In this document: positions 55,389 through 63,929 of the stretch, piece after piece | Position numbering within the stretch: the first letter of the stretch is position 1 | How the letters are laid out: each line of letters starts with the position of its first letter | IMG/VR virus record: IMGVR_UViG_2974673286_000001 | Coordinates: 89,269-153,268 of that record | Strand: one strand, 5' to 3' | DNA from: a virus | Lineage: Duplodnaviria; Caudoviricetes | Length of the DNA stretch: 64,000 nucleotides | Made by a program: the position numbers and the translations under genes | Notes under the pieces: model-generated | What the model saw: only the letters and a program-made list of their open reading frames with translations | The model's database searches: none | Told to the model about the DNA's origin: nothing

Positions 55389-55764
55389 GAGTAACCCTGC
55401 ACCTAAAGATACTGAGGTTGGGCAAATTGTCACTAACTTATTACACACCTCTTTCTTTACAGGATATCGTACAGATAGCGGCTATTACTACCGGACACGG
55501 CAGAAGAACACGACAGAAGCAGGACGAATAGAAACAAGGGACGATGTTATTATTTTATTTCAGAAAGTGGACCAAGAAATTACCGATAATTTTCCAGCAT
55601 GGGGAGCATGGGACCGCTCTTCTGGGAATGTTTACCTATTCAGCCTTGTACACGGAGATATACTAACAGTCAGGAAAGGGAAGGTTATACAGCTAGAAGA
55701 GCCTGCATTACCCTTCTTTACAAAGGCGTCCTTCTTATCTTATATCGACAATCTAAATGTGTAA
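55378..55764 (+). CDS. Hypothetical protein
   Basis: Overlap packing. Confidence 0.65.
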   Translation: MFNRSNPAPKDTEVGQIVTNLLHTSFFTGYRTDSGYYYRTRQKNTTEAGRIETRDDVIILFQKVDQEITDNFPAWGAWDRSSGNVYLFSLVHGDILTVRKGKVIQLEEPALPFFTKASFLSYIDNLNV

Positions 55765-55842
55765 AAAGTTTTTAAAAAGGTATTGACTTTAGATCAACAA
55801 GCTGATATACTATAAGTACAGAAGGAAGAGGAGGAAAAACAA

Positions 55843-56310
55843 ATGGCGTTATCTAATGACAAACAGGTAGACTTACTGGTTGCGCTTTTAGACTGTTATC
55901 CTAATGATCTAACAGCTCTAGAGGGTTGCCGGATTCCTATGCTCGACATTGTGGAGAGGGCGGTAGAGACTGCCGCAGAAACAGGCACAGAGGTTGACCT
56001 TAATACACTTACATGGGCTATGTTTGACATTGCCAAAAGGGAGATACAGGACTATATCAGCACTACAGTAGACTCTTATCGCTTTGCCTTAAAAGAAGGG
56101 GGGCATCCTGAGGTTGGTGAGGAATGGCTTAAAGAAGCGGTAACCGCCGGAGAGCATCTAAACATCTTTTGGGACACAGATAGTAGCCATATAGGATCAG
56201 AAGTGGAGATACATTTTGTTAACAATGCTGATAAGTACAAGAAATACTTTGAGAGCGCACTAGATCACTTTGAAATTCTAACAGGTTATCGGATTGAGGA
56301 CGCAGAATAA
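55843..56310 (+). CDS. Early hypothetical protein
   Basis: Own promoter and RBS. Confidence 0.75.
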   Translation: MALSNDKQVDLLVALLDCYPNDLTALEGCRIPMLDIVERAVETAAETGTEVDLNTLTWAMFDIAKREIQDYISTTVDSYRFALKEGGHPEVGEEWLKEAVTAGEHLNIFWDTDSSHIGSEVEIHFVNNADKYKKYFESALDHFEILTGYRIEDAE

Positions 56311-56388
56311 AAAAACTTTATAAAGGGTGTTGACTTTAAATCAATACCCTGATATACTTAAGATATACCAAGTGAGGGAGAGATTAAA

Positions 56389-56565
56389 ATGAACGAAAAG
56401 TATATTACACTTGAAGGATACAATGACCGTACAGTAAAGTTTTCTAAAGCATGGTTAGAAAAGGCAGTGGCGCCTGACACCTTAGAGGACTTCTTAGATG
56501 AGTATACTTGGGACGATACAGAATACCTAGCAAGACGATATCTAAATTACTTAGGGCAACTTTAA
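56389..56565 (+). CDS. Small acidic protein (58 aa)
   Basis: Own promoter and RBS; MNEKYITLEG...PDTLEDFLDEYTWDD. Confidence 0.7.
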   Translation: MNEKYITLEGYNDRTVKFSKAWLEKAVAPDTLEDFLDEYTWDDTEYLARRYLNYLGQL

Positions 56566-56850
56566 TGAGGGTACATTATACTGACAACGGAATTAACTTG
56601 TTATAGAATAAAATTACGATAAAAAAAACAAAACAGAAGGGATAAATGATAATATGTTTAAAATAACTTGTGAACACTGTGGCAGAGAAAGCAAGGTTGT
56701 TATTTCAAATGGTACAATTGAAACAGATGGATACGTGCATTTTGGAGTAGGGGATGGGACAATAGATACAGTGCATTGCGTCGGTTGTAAAACACAATTA
56801 GATAGCGAAAATGCCTGACACCTTAGAGGACTTCTTAGATGAGTATACTT
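56472..56850 (+). repeat. Perfect 38-bp direct repeat (56472-56509 and 56813-56850)
   Basis: GCCTGACACCTTAGAGGACTTCTTAGATGAGTATACTT twice. Confidence 0.95.
56654..56818 (+). CDS. Zn-ribbon protein (54 aa)
   Basis: MFKITCEHCG...HCVGCK; AAGGGA RBS. Confidence 0.7.
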   Translation: MFKITCEHCGRESKVVISNGTIETDGYVHFGVGDGTIDTVHCVGCKTQLDSENA

Positions 56851-56925
56851 TAATAGAATTATATGATCAACTAAAAACGTATAAGGAGCACTTTTTAGAT
56901 TATAGATAACTAGGAGGGGAACTGT

Positions 56926-57276
56926 ATGTACATGGATTCTATAGTTGAAGAGATTAAACTAGGGTTGCCTAGCCAAAAGATTTTACAGGTAGTCAGTTAT
57001 GGAGGGGTACTGGTGAATGGTAAGCTCATTACCCTAAAGAACAAGGAAGAACTAAAGATACTTAAAAACAAGTTAGTTATACCACAGGAAGAACCAGACA
57101 GCCCGCTTGTATACGATATAGCAACTACCTATAACAAACCTTTTGAAGAAGCAGACTTGGAATTTTTAAAAGGGAAACGGATTATATTCGGGGAAGAAGT
57201 ATTCACCTGTAGAGGACTTAAAGCAATCGTTAAACTGTCTAACACCATTCGTAACCTTAGATATTACTACGAATAA
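56926..57276 (+). CDS. Hypothetical protein
   Basis: AGGAGG RBS. Confidence 0.7.
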   Translation: MYMDSIVEEIKLGLPSQKILQVVSYGGVLVNGKLITLKNKEELKILKNKLVIPQEEPDSPLVYDIATTYNKPFEEADLEFLKGKRIIFGEEVFTCRGLKAIVKLSNTIRNLRYYYE

Positions 57277-57339
57277 AAACATGTAATATAGACACGCCTG
57301 CCGCATATAATGTACTATTAAACAAAGGAGGTATACGCG

Positions 57340-57579
57340 GTGAATCTAAATGGTATCGGTGCCCTATTGTGGCTAATCTGTGGGATTGTGGTTTTGTTCT
57401 TCTTAATCAATATCTATCCGTTTACAATCATCTTACTGTTTTGTATTGTTATTCCTGCCATTGCGGGCTGGGTATGGACAGGAAAACGAATAGAGCAAGA
57501 GAGACAGGCAGAAAACGAGTTTCAGCGGCTACAAGAGGAAAATGAGCGGCTTAAAAGAGAGCTAGACAAAGACAAGTAA
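57340..57579 (+). CDS. Membrane protein with coiled-coil tail
   Basis: Two TM segments; AAGGAGGT RBS. Confidence 0.75.
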   Translation: MNLNGIGALLWLICGIVVLFFLINIYPFTIILLFCIVIPAIAGWVWTGKRIEQERQAENEFQRLQEENERLKRELDKDK

Positions 57580-57662
57580 TTTTTTTTTTAGAAAGTGGTT
57601 GACTTATAGTCAACATGATGATATGATAAGTACGTAAGAAAACCAGAGGAGAGTGAACGAAC

Positions 57663-57938
57663 ATGACAAAAGCAATGTTCGCAATCAGTAACGAAACTTT
57701 GAATACTATGATATCCTTGGCAAATTTGAATAGCATACCTTATGAGTTTTTCGAGGGATGCCTTCAGGATAACGTTATCTTTTATGACGCTGAGGATATT
57801 CATATTGACGGTGTGAGTGCAACATACATTATTGTAAAAGAAAAGTATGTAAATGAGTGGTCAAGCGAGCTTGTGGCTATCCTAACAGATTCGTTTGAAG
57901 AGGTGCAGGACTTTGAAGAGGTTGTGAACATGTTCTAA
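57663..57938 (+). CDS. Early acidic protein
   Basis: EGCLQDN...IKEKYVNEWSS; own promoter. Confidence 0.75.
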   Translation: MTKAMFAISNETLNTMISLANLNSIPYEFFEGCLQDNVIFYDAEDIHIDGVSATYIIVKEKYVNEWSSELVAILTDSFEEVQDFEEVVNMF

Positions 57939-58005
57939 AAATGTGTTGACTTTAAATCAACTAGATGTTATAATGAAGTTAAGTTAAAATAAAGGAGAGA
58001 TAACA

Positions 58006-58209
58006 ATGAAGCAACTAGACTTAGACCTAGTGAGAAGTTTACAACGTCTGACACAGTTAAAGGATGCAGGGTGGAAGTTCCTACCGGAAGGAGAAACGGG
58101 GTACTACCTAGCAGTAAAGCAGGATCAAGTGGTTATTATTGAAGAGCTTGGGGACTTACAAGAGTGTATGCAGATTGAGAATACAATGAGTGTGGGAGGG
58201 GTAGCGTAA
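58006..58209 (+). CDS. Early hypothetical protein
   Basis: Own promoter and RBS. Confidence 0.7.
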   Translation: MKQLDLDLVRSLQRLTQLKDAGWKFLPEGETGYYLAVKQDQVVIIEELGDLQECMQIENTMSVGGVA

Positions 58210-58415
58210 TGGGTTATGTAGCAGTATTAAAAACAGAAGTACAGGAGGAACAGCAGAGCCTAGCCTTAAACGAGGAGCAGGCAATGGCTCTCTATATGCA
58301 GATTGGTTCTTATGAGGGAAAGATCAATAGATACGCCAATCCACAGAACTGGGGCAAGTGGGATAAGTACACTAGATTAAAGCGTAAAATACTACAGTGG
58401 CAACAAAATATATAG
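58209..58415 (+). CDS. Hypothetical protein
   Basis: TAATG coupling. Confidence 0.65.
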   Translation: MGYVAVLKTEVQEEQQSLALNEEQAMALYMQIGSYEGKINRYANPQNWGKWDKYTRLKRKILQWQQNI

Positions 58416-58502
58416 TACATAAGACCTACAAAAATATATAAAAAAGATGTTGACAGGATGTCAATAGCTTGATAAGATTAAGGTATAGAAAGGAGCTAGC
58501 AA

Positions 58503-58681
58503 ATGAATATCGACATAAAAGCACTACAGCGGCGCATAGAGAGCCGCACAGGGCAAAGGGTAGACATAGTATTCGTAGACTACATAAAGCCACACACACA
58601 ACAGCACAGATTGAATTTAGCCACTACAAGAAATTAGAACACCAATTAAAAGAGACAGGGGAGAAGTTAAATGACAACTAA
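58503..58681 (+). pseudogene. Early gene apparently frameshifted at a (CA)5 tract
   Basis: AAGGAG-ATG 58503 ORF stops at 58637; removing one CA at 58591-58600 extends it to 58681, overlapping the next start. Confidence 0.45.
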
Positions 58682-59057
58682 ACTTAGCTTAGAGGTAGCC
58701 TTGGACAACGCATTCTGCATTATGAATGAGTATTCTAATCTAGAAGAAGGCTACCAAGCCGCCTTTAAGTATCTATATAACTGCCCGTTACCTCCTAGGA
58801 CACGAAGCAAATCCTTCAGGGAGTTGGAAGCCGAATTTAATAGGGCTAGCACAGAGGAAGGGTTTCAACAAGTGTATGAGGAGATAGCAGAGGTAAAACA
58901 AATAGCACTGTCCACAGAAAGACAACTAGCACACATCAAAAAGAGTATTGATAACATTGTATGGAGCATTGACGTTAACCGAAAGACACTAGGAGATACT
59001 CGCATGTTATCAGAAGCGTTCAGAGCGCTGAGAAACTTACAGGACGATTACAAATAA
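58671..59057 (+). CDS. Hypothetical protein
   Basis: GGGGAG RBS. Confidence 0.7.
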   Translation: MTTKLSLEVALDNAFCIMNEYSNLEEGYQAAFKYLYNCPLPPRTRSKSFRELEAEFNRASTEEGFQQVYEEIAEVKQIALSTERQLAHIKKSIDNIVWSIDVNRKTLGDTRMLSEAFRALRNLQDDYK

Positions 59058-59072
59058 AATAGTATATAGGGG

Positions 59073-59384
59073 ATGAGAACTATGCCAATAAATTTAAACA
59101 TTAGAAAGAATGAAGCAGACAAACCAAAGGTTCAGGAGATAGAGGACGGTTACTTTGTTAAAATAGATGATGGAGTCTTTGTTGTTAAAATGCTGAGTGG
59201 GGATAGTGTTCCAGAAAATCGGGAGGTTGCCCTTGTAGACTTAGGCACATTCCTTGTGTTTAAATATAAAAGTATGAGTGACCTAAAAAAGAGACTGTCT
59301 ATTAATGACGGTAGGACAGTTGAAGTTATCAGACCCAAGCAAGCAAATGTTAATATCGGTTTTGAGTGGAGAGACGCAAAATAA
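59073..59384 (+). CDS. Hypothetical protein
   Basis: ORF packing. Confidence 0.7.
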   Translation: MRTMPINLNIRKNEADKPKVQEIEDGYFVKIDDGVFVVKMLSGDSVPENREVALVDLGTFLVFKYKSMSDLKKRLSINDGRTVEVIRPKQANVNIGFEWRDAK

Positions 59385-59457
59385 TTTTCAAAAACATGTT
59401 GACAATGAGTCAATAACAGTATATAATAAAACTAACAAATCAAAGGGAGAGATTAAA

Positions 59458-59667
59458 ATGAAAAATGTAACAGCTTATCTATTAGCCGAAGTAACTACTC
59501 AAGAGGAGCTTAATAGATTAACGACTACCGCAGACCGTTTGTTCGCAGATCAGGAAGATATGGGACACCCAGACAGTAACTTATCTTCCTTCTTAGATGA
59601 TGTAGTCACGCTTTTGGAGAACCTTGGAGGAAGAGTAAAAGGTGTAGAGTATAAAGAAGAAAAATAA
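59458..59667 (+). CDS. Early hypothetical protein
   Basis: Own promoter and RBS. Confidence 0.75.
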   Translation: MKNVTAYLLAEVTTQEELNRLTTTADRLFADQEDMGHPDSNLSSFLDDVVTLLENLGGRVKGVEYKEEK

Positions 59668-59738
59668 ATAAAAAACATGTTGACGGTAAGTCAATAACAG
59701 TATATAATAAAATTAACAAATCAAAGGGAGAGATTAAA

Positions 59739-59996
59739 ATGACAAACAATTTTACAGACGGTATCAAAGAAGAACTACTAGCACGAGTTGCGGAGTTTAA
59801 GGACAGTTTTATTGAAGAGCAAGCGCATGATTTTGATGAAGGCGTGTCAGCTTGCTTTGACTTCCTACAATACGGTATCCGCAACGGCAACCCAAGTATT
59901 ATTGCCGCAGTATATGACCTAACTTACAATGACGATGTACACAATTTTGTAGCAGACATTCTAGAAGAACTAGCAGATAAGGGAATTGTTAGATAG
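59739..59996 (+). CDS. Early acidic protein
   Basis: Own promoter and RBS. Confidence 0.75.
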   Translation: MTNNFTDGIKEELLARVAEFKDSFIEEQAHDFDEGVSACFDFLQYGIRNGNPSIIAAVYDLTYNDDVHNFVADILEELADKGIVR

Positions 59997-60062
59997 AAAG
60001 TGTTGACAATGAGTCAATAATGGTATAAAATAAAATTAACAAATCAAAGGGAGGAATGTAAA

Positions 60063-60731
60063 ATGAATAGTCAAGAAAAAGCAATCAGTACCCATAGCAC
60101 AGTTAAAGCACTACTGGACTTAATTAGAGACCGCACAAAGTCAGATGATATAGCGGAGGTTGCTTTAAAAATAATAGAGGTGTTCCTAGACAAGGATATA
60201 GAAGAAACACAGAAACAAAACGAAGAAACTCAAGATAATGACTCTCATATGTCTGTATATGATCAGGAAAGAGGGTCAGGAAAAACATCTAATGCTATAG
60301 CGGCATTGACTGTGGACAAAAACGCAGTTGCCATAGCAGTAAACGAAGCAATTGCAAATCTGTATCCTAAAGAATTACATGACAGGCTATTATATCCTAA
60401 AAACGGAAATAAATACACTAGGTTCTACTTAAGAGGGCTACTCAATAACAGTGCCTATAAGCATTGTGAACACTTTATTCTAGACGAGGTTACTCAGTTC
60501 AATACAAAAGACCTACTTATGTTCCTTTACTACGCTGGGAAACAGGGGCGCAGGGTGTCCGTACATGGTACTTTACCGGATGATATTCCTTACCCTTCTG
60601 ATGTAGTTAACACTAATGAAGCTTACCATGAAATAAAAGGAGGGCTAGATGATATAAAAGAGGAGATAGATAATATTAAAAATGCACACAAAGAGATAGA
60701 GTATCAAGTAGAAAAACACTTAAAGCCATAA
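60063..60731 (+). CDS. Small P-loop NTPase-like protein
   Basis: RGSGKTS and FILDE motifs. Confidence 0.55.
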   Translation: MNSQEKAISTHSTVKALLDLIRDRTKSDDIAEVALKIIEVFLDKDIEETQKQNEETQDNDSHMSVYDQERGSGKTSNAIAALTVDKNAVAIAVNEAIANLYPKELHDRLLYPKNGNKYTRFYLRGLLNNSAYKHCEHFILDEVTQFNTKDLLMFLYYAGKQGRRVSVHGTLPDDIPYPSDVVNTNEAYHEIKGGLDDIKEEIDNIKNAHKEIEYQVEKHLKP

Positions 60732-60762
60732 ATACAAATATAATATCGAGGGAGAGGTAAAT

Positions 60763-61059
60763 ATGAAAAAATTAATGAAGTCTATTACACTGATAGGGGC
60801 ACTAACACTAGGAGTAACAGGAGTAGCCGCACAAGCTCCACAACAAGCACAAGCCGCTACAGAACATCACGTAAGAGCTAAACTAATCGGTTGGGCTGAT
60901 ATGAACTCATTCGAAGTAAAAACTTCTACAGGGAAAGTATACATCATGCGTACATCAAACACATGGTACTACAAGAACCTAAAAGAGGGGCATTATTACA
61001 CTTACTTCTACACTGTAAACAAGTACGGTCAAAACATTATCACAAAGATCAACAAATAA
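60763..61059 (+). CDS. Secreted protein
   Basis: Sec signal peptide ending AQA. Confidence 0.75.
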   Translation: MKKLMKSITLIGALTLGVTGVAAQAPQQAQAATEHHVRAKLIGWADMNSFEVKTSTGKVYIMRTSNTWYYKNLKEGHYYTYFYTVNKYGQNIITKINK

Positions 61060-61143
61060 GCATAAAACTTTCCAAAATTGTATTGACTGTAAGACAACAT
61101 GATGATACACTTAGATTAACAAAAGCAAAGGAGAGGTTAAACG

Positions 61144-61425
61144 ATGGATACCCTGCATTTAAGTGTCTTACAACTAGGCGGAGAATTGTATCACGATTGG
61201 CGGCAATTGAATGAAAATCCGAGAATCGTTACTTCATTCAAATACTTATTAGATCAAAACATGTTAGAGGAGTATAAAAACGTATTAGAACAAGGGTTTG
61301 TTCTTGAAAGAATGGATTTTATGGGACTATCTACAGATTCAGAAGAGGATTACAATGATTCATTAGAATGCTTCTGTGATGCTATAGACTACTATACATC
61401 AATTCCTAAGAAGGTTAAACAATGA
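61144..61425 (+). CDS. Early hypothetical protein
   Basis: Own promoter and RBS. Confidence 0.7.
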   Translation: MDTLHLSVLQLGGELYHDWRQLNENPRIVTSFKYLLDQNMLEEYKNVLEQGFVLERMDFMGLSTDSEEDYNDSLECFCDAIDYYTSIPKKVKQ

Positions 61426-61540
61426 AAACTGTATTGACTGTAAGACAATGAGCGTATATAATAAAAGCAGAGAGGGGGCGCTAACCACGCTCCCTATACA
61501 TAACACTAACCTACGATCTACAGAATAAGGAGGACATGAC

Positions 61541-61777
61541 ATGCCAATGACTACAGATGAAAGAACAACAATCCGCAATACACTATTGGACATAGTTGAC
61601 CTACTACAGGGATTGAACAACAAAAACCCTACACAAGTACAGGAAATCTACATACTTCTAATAGCAGACAGAATTAACCAGCTGTCTAGTACAATCAAAG
61701 AGCAACAGTCAACCGATCCGAAAGAGTCAGAATTATTACTACCCAAAGTGAACAGCCTTATAGACGAATTGAGATAG
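61541..61777 (+). CDS. Hypothetical protein
   Basis: AAGGAGG RBS. Confidence 0.7.
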   Translation: MPMTTDERTTIRNTLLDIVDLLQGLNNKNPTQVQEIYILLIADRINQLSSTIKEQQSTDPKESELLLPKVNSLIDELR

Positions 61778-61789
61778 GAGGAAAAAACA

Positions 61790-62131
61790 ATGGCATTGAC
61801 AGAAGCAGAACAAAAACGAGCATATGCAACACTAATAGCCTTATCAGATAGTGTAAAAAGTTTGCAGATGTCTGTATCGGTAGATGAACTGGATGATCTC
61901 AGAAGCATAGCAATGTGTATAAACAGGTTAGAGGAGACACTACGTCCCGACAATTACCCATACAGCCATAAGATACGAGTAAACTTCAAGCCCAAACAGA
62001 AAAACCTCTCATGGTTTGACGCATTCCTACTAGGCATGGCAGAAGAAGCCCAAAAGAAAGCAGAAAAGAAACGCAAAAGGAAAGAAAAAATAAGAAAATT
62101 TTTTAGGAGGGGACAGTATGCTAGGAAGTGA
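61790..62131 (+). CDS. Hypothetical protein with basic C-terminus
   Basis: AGGAGG RBS. Confidence 0.7.
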   Translation: MALTEAEQKRAYATLIALSDSVKSLQMSVSVDELDDLRSIAMCINRLEETLRPDNYPYSHKIRVNFKPKQKNLSWFDAFLLGMAEEAQKKAEKKRKRKEKIRKFFRRGQYARK

Positions 62132-62390
62132 AAGCGGAATAGAAGTGATAATGCAAATGGAGCTAGCATTACTACGGCACATCATAAAGGCAGAGAGAGA
62201 ACATTCACCTAATACACATATAGAGGTTAGAATGGGTAAGCCGCTATACTCATATTATAACGCAGTAAAAAACCAATCAGAGAATAAATCACTAGACGGT
62301 ATAGAACCATTAACAGCAGAAGCAACTTTTATTATATGGGAAGTAATAGACGCAGACACAGGAGAACATATAGCACATAGTTACTTCTAA
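62118..62390 (+). CDS. Hypothetical protein
   Basis: AGGAGG RBS. Confidence 0.65.
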   Translation: MLGSESGIEVIMQMELALLRHIIKAEREHSPNTHIEVRMGKPLYSYYNAVKNQSENKSLDGIEPLTAEATFIIWEVIDADTGEHIAHSYF

Positions 62391-62416
62391 ACAATAAGGA
62401 ATAAGGAGGTTACCCA

Positions 62417-62617
62417 ATGAAGGCTAGTAAGGTATTAATCATAACTGCAAACTTACTCATTGCGTTAGGGTGGATTCTTCTACTAGCAGGACACGCAGTA
62501 AACAACCTCACTATAGGGATAACAGCCATCACAGTATTTGTCATCGCAGGTATTACAGGACTCGCAAGTATATCAGTATTATTATATAAGGAGAGAGGTA
62601 ACAATGACAGAGCGTAA
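62417..62617 (+). CDS. Small membrane protein
   Basis: Two TM segments; AAGGAGGT RBS. Confidence 0.7.
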   Translation: MKASKVLIITANLLIALGWILLLAGHAVNNLTIGITAITVFVIAGITGLASISVLLYKERGNNDRA

Positions 62618-62939
62618 GAAATTCCTTGCTATATCGTATAGAGACTTATTAGAAGTATTTAAAGATGCGTACACAATCCACGTCACAATAAGTATATGGA
62701 CGTACCGCAGTAAGAGAAAACAGTTTATCATTCCGCTCTCAAGCACATATAGCCACTTTGACAATGATCTAAACTTTACCTATAAGGACAAAGACTTTGT
62801 ATTCAAAACAGTAGAGGGCAAACAACACAAATTCCACTATACAGACTTAAAGACAGTTAAGGTAGATCATATTGAACTGATACCGCCGCTAGACTATATA
62901 AATGTTAGTATCGTTTCAGATAACGGGGAGGAGAAATAA
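62604..62939 (+). CDS. Hypothetical protein (starts MTERKKF)
   Basis: GAGGT RBS before ATG 62604. Confidence 0.7.
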   Translation: MTERKKFLAISYRDLLEVFKDAYTIHVTISIWTYRSKRKQFIIPLSSTYSHFDNDLNFTYKDKDFVFKTVEGKQHKFHYTDLKTVKVDHIELIPPLDYINVSIVSDNGEEK

Positions 62940-62941
62940 TA

Positions 62942-63316
62942 ATGACAGAACGTAAGAAATTCAAATCAGTTATACCAGACTGGGTAAGAGGAGAAGCTGA
63001 CCGACTTCTAAAGGAGGTAGAAAGAATAGGACTAGAACATCAACAGAAGATGCTTTCTAATGGTACAGAAGTACACAGCAAAAGAGATTGGTCTATAGAT
63101 GCTCAGATCAATAAGCGTGTAGAACAATACAAACATAAGTATAATAAGAAACCAACTTATGTTGTGATGTCTCTACCTGTACACTCAGTTATGATGTCTG
63201 ATTTCCGTACAGCTTTCGAAGATGAAATAGTACCAGCCGATTACCGTATGAACAGCTATAACGACCTAGAAGTAATCGTATTAGAGGTACAGGACATTAT
63301 TCTGCTAGTAGGGTAA
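62942..63316 (+). CDS. Hypothetical protein (starts MTERKKF)
   Basis: GGAGGAG RBS. Confidence 0.7.
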   Translation: MTERKKFKSVIPDWVRGEADRLLKEVERIGLEHQQKMLSNGTEVHSKRDWSIDAQINKRVEQYKHKYNKKPTYVVMSLPVHSVMMSDFRTAFEDEIVPADYRMNSYNDLEVIVLEVQDIILLVG

Positions 63317-63332
63317 GAATAGAGAGGGGAAC

Positions 63333-63596
63333 ATGGAGATGAATAATAAAGAGATAGCCAAAACATTAGTATTAGAACGTTTTACATTAGAAGCAAAACT
63401 AAGTAGCTTACATGAAGCATTAGCAGGGGCAACACATCGAGCAGATATGTATATAGGGGAAGTCACTAGGGCACAACTATTAGCCCTTATAAAAGAATGC
63501 GCTCACTATATAGAAGAAGCATTAGAGACACTACACCCAGACACACAGGACTATATGAACTTACTTACTCATATAGAATTAAAAATGGAGAATTAA
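63333..63596 (+). CDS. Hypothetical protein
   Basis: GAGGGG RBS. Confidence 0.65.
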   Translation: MEMNNKEIAKTLVLERFTLEAKLSSLHEALAGATHRADMYIGEVTRAQLLALIKECAHYIEEALETLHPDTQDYMNLLTHIELKMEN

Positions 63597-63900
63597 ATAC
63601 TGAATCCTTTAGCAGACTAAAGACAATTGAACCCGGGGCGTGTAAATCGGATGCTCTACAAGCTAGACTTTATTGTTCGCATCTTGCAGAGGGGGCGGCG
63701 GGAGAATTTTCATTATTCTAAATATTCTGACAATTTAGGGGGTGTATACAAGTAGTAGACCGCTCCTTTATCAGAATACCGCTCATCCTTCTCAGATTGC
63801 CCTGTAAGCCGTTTTAATAATAATCGAGTATATTTGTTCATATTCGGTGTAAAACGTCTTAAAACGGCTCTAAATTGATTATATTTTTTCATAATAAGTG

Positions 63901-63929
63901 TTGACATACAATACAGACCATGTTACACT
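63901..63929 (+). promoter_or_regulatory. sigmaA promoter
   Basis: TTGACA-17-TACACT with TG extension; AAGGAGGTG RBS and GTG 63971 of a truncated ORF follow. Confidence 0.8.

Larger units (their letters stand above)
59391..60060 (+). repeat. Three related about-70-bp promoter-RBS modules
   Basis: TGTTGAC-N5-GTCAATAA...AACAAATCAAAGGGAG at about 59391, 59672 and 59996; the first two are nearly identical through the ATG. Confidence 0.9.
52283..61462 (+). promoter_or_regulatory. Series of 15 strong sigmaA early promoters
   Basis: TTGAC(A/T/C/G)-17-TAnnnT with -35 boxes at 52283, 52891, 53247, 53722, 54069, 55783, 56330, 57599, 57946, 58450, 59399, 59680, 60003, 61083, 61434; most have A-rich UP tracts. 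Confidence 0.88.

Noticed and set aside
50583-56818. Assigning the 51-58-aa ORFs to known small anti-defence proteins such as Had1
   Set aside because: Only the size is similar, and I cannot match the sequence; needs an HMM search
57281-57318. Second sporulation-type promoter (CATATAAT at 57304)
   Set aside because: The -35 spacing is short for sigmaE, and an alternative TAGACA-18-TACTAT sigmaA reading exists; too ambiguous
273-63907. Numerous minus-strand ORFs in the supplied track
   Set aside because: Nearly all are antisense shadows of well-supported + strand genes, and I saw no convincing RBS or recognisable motif in them
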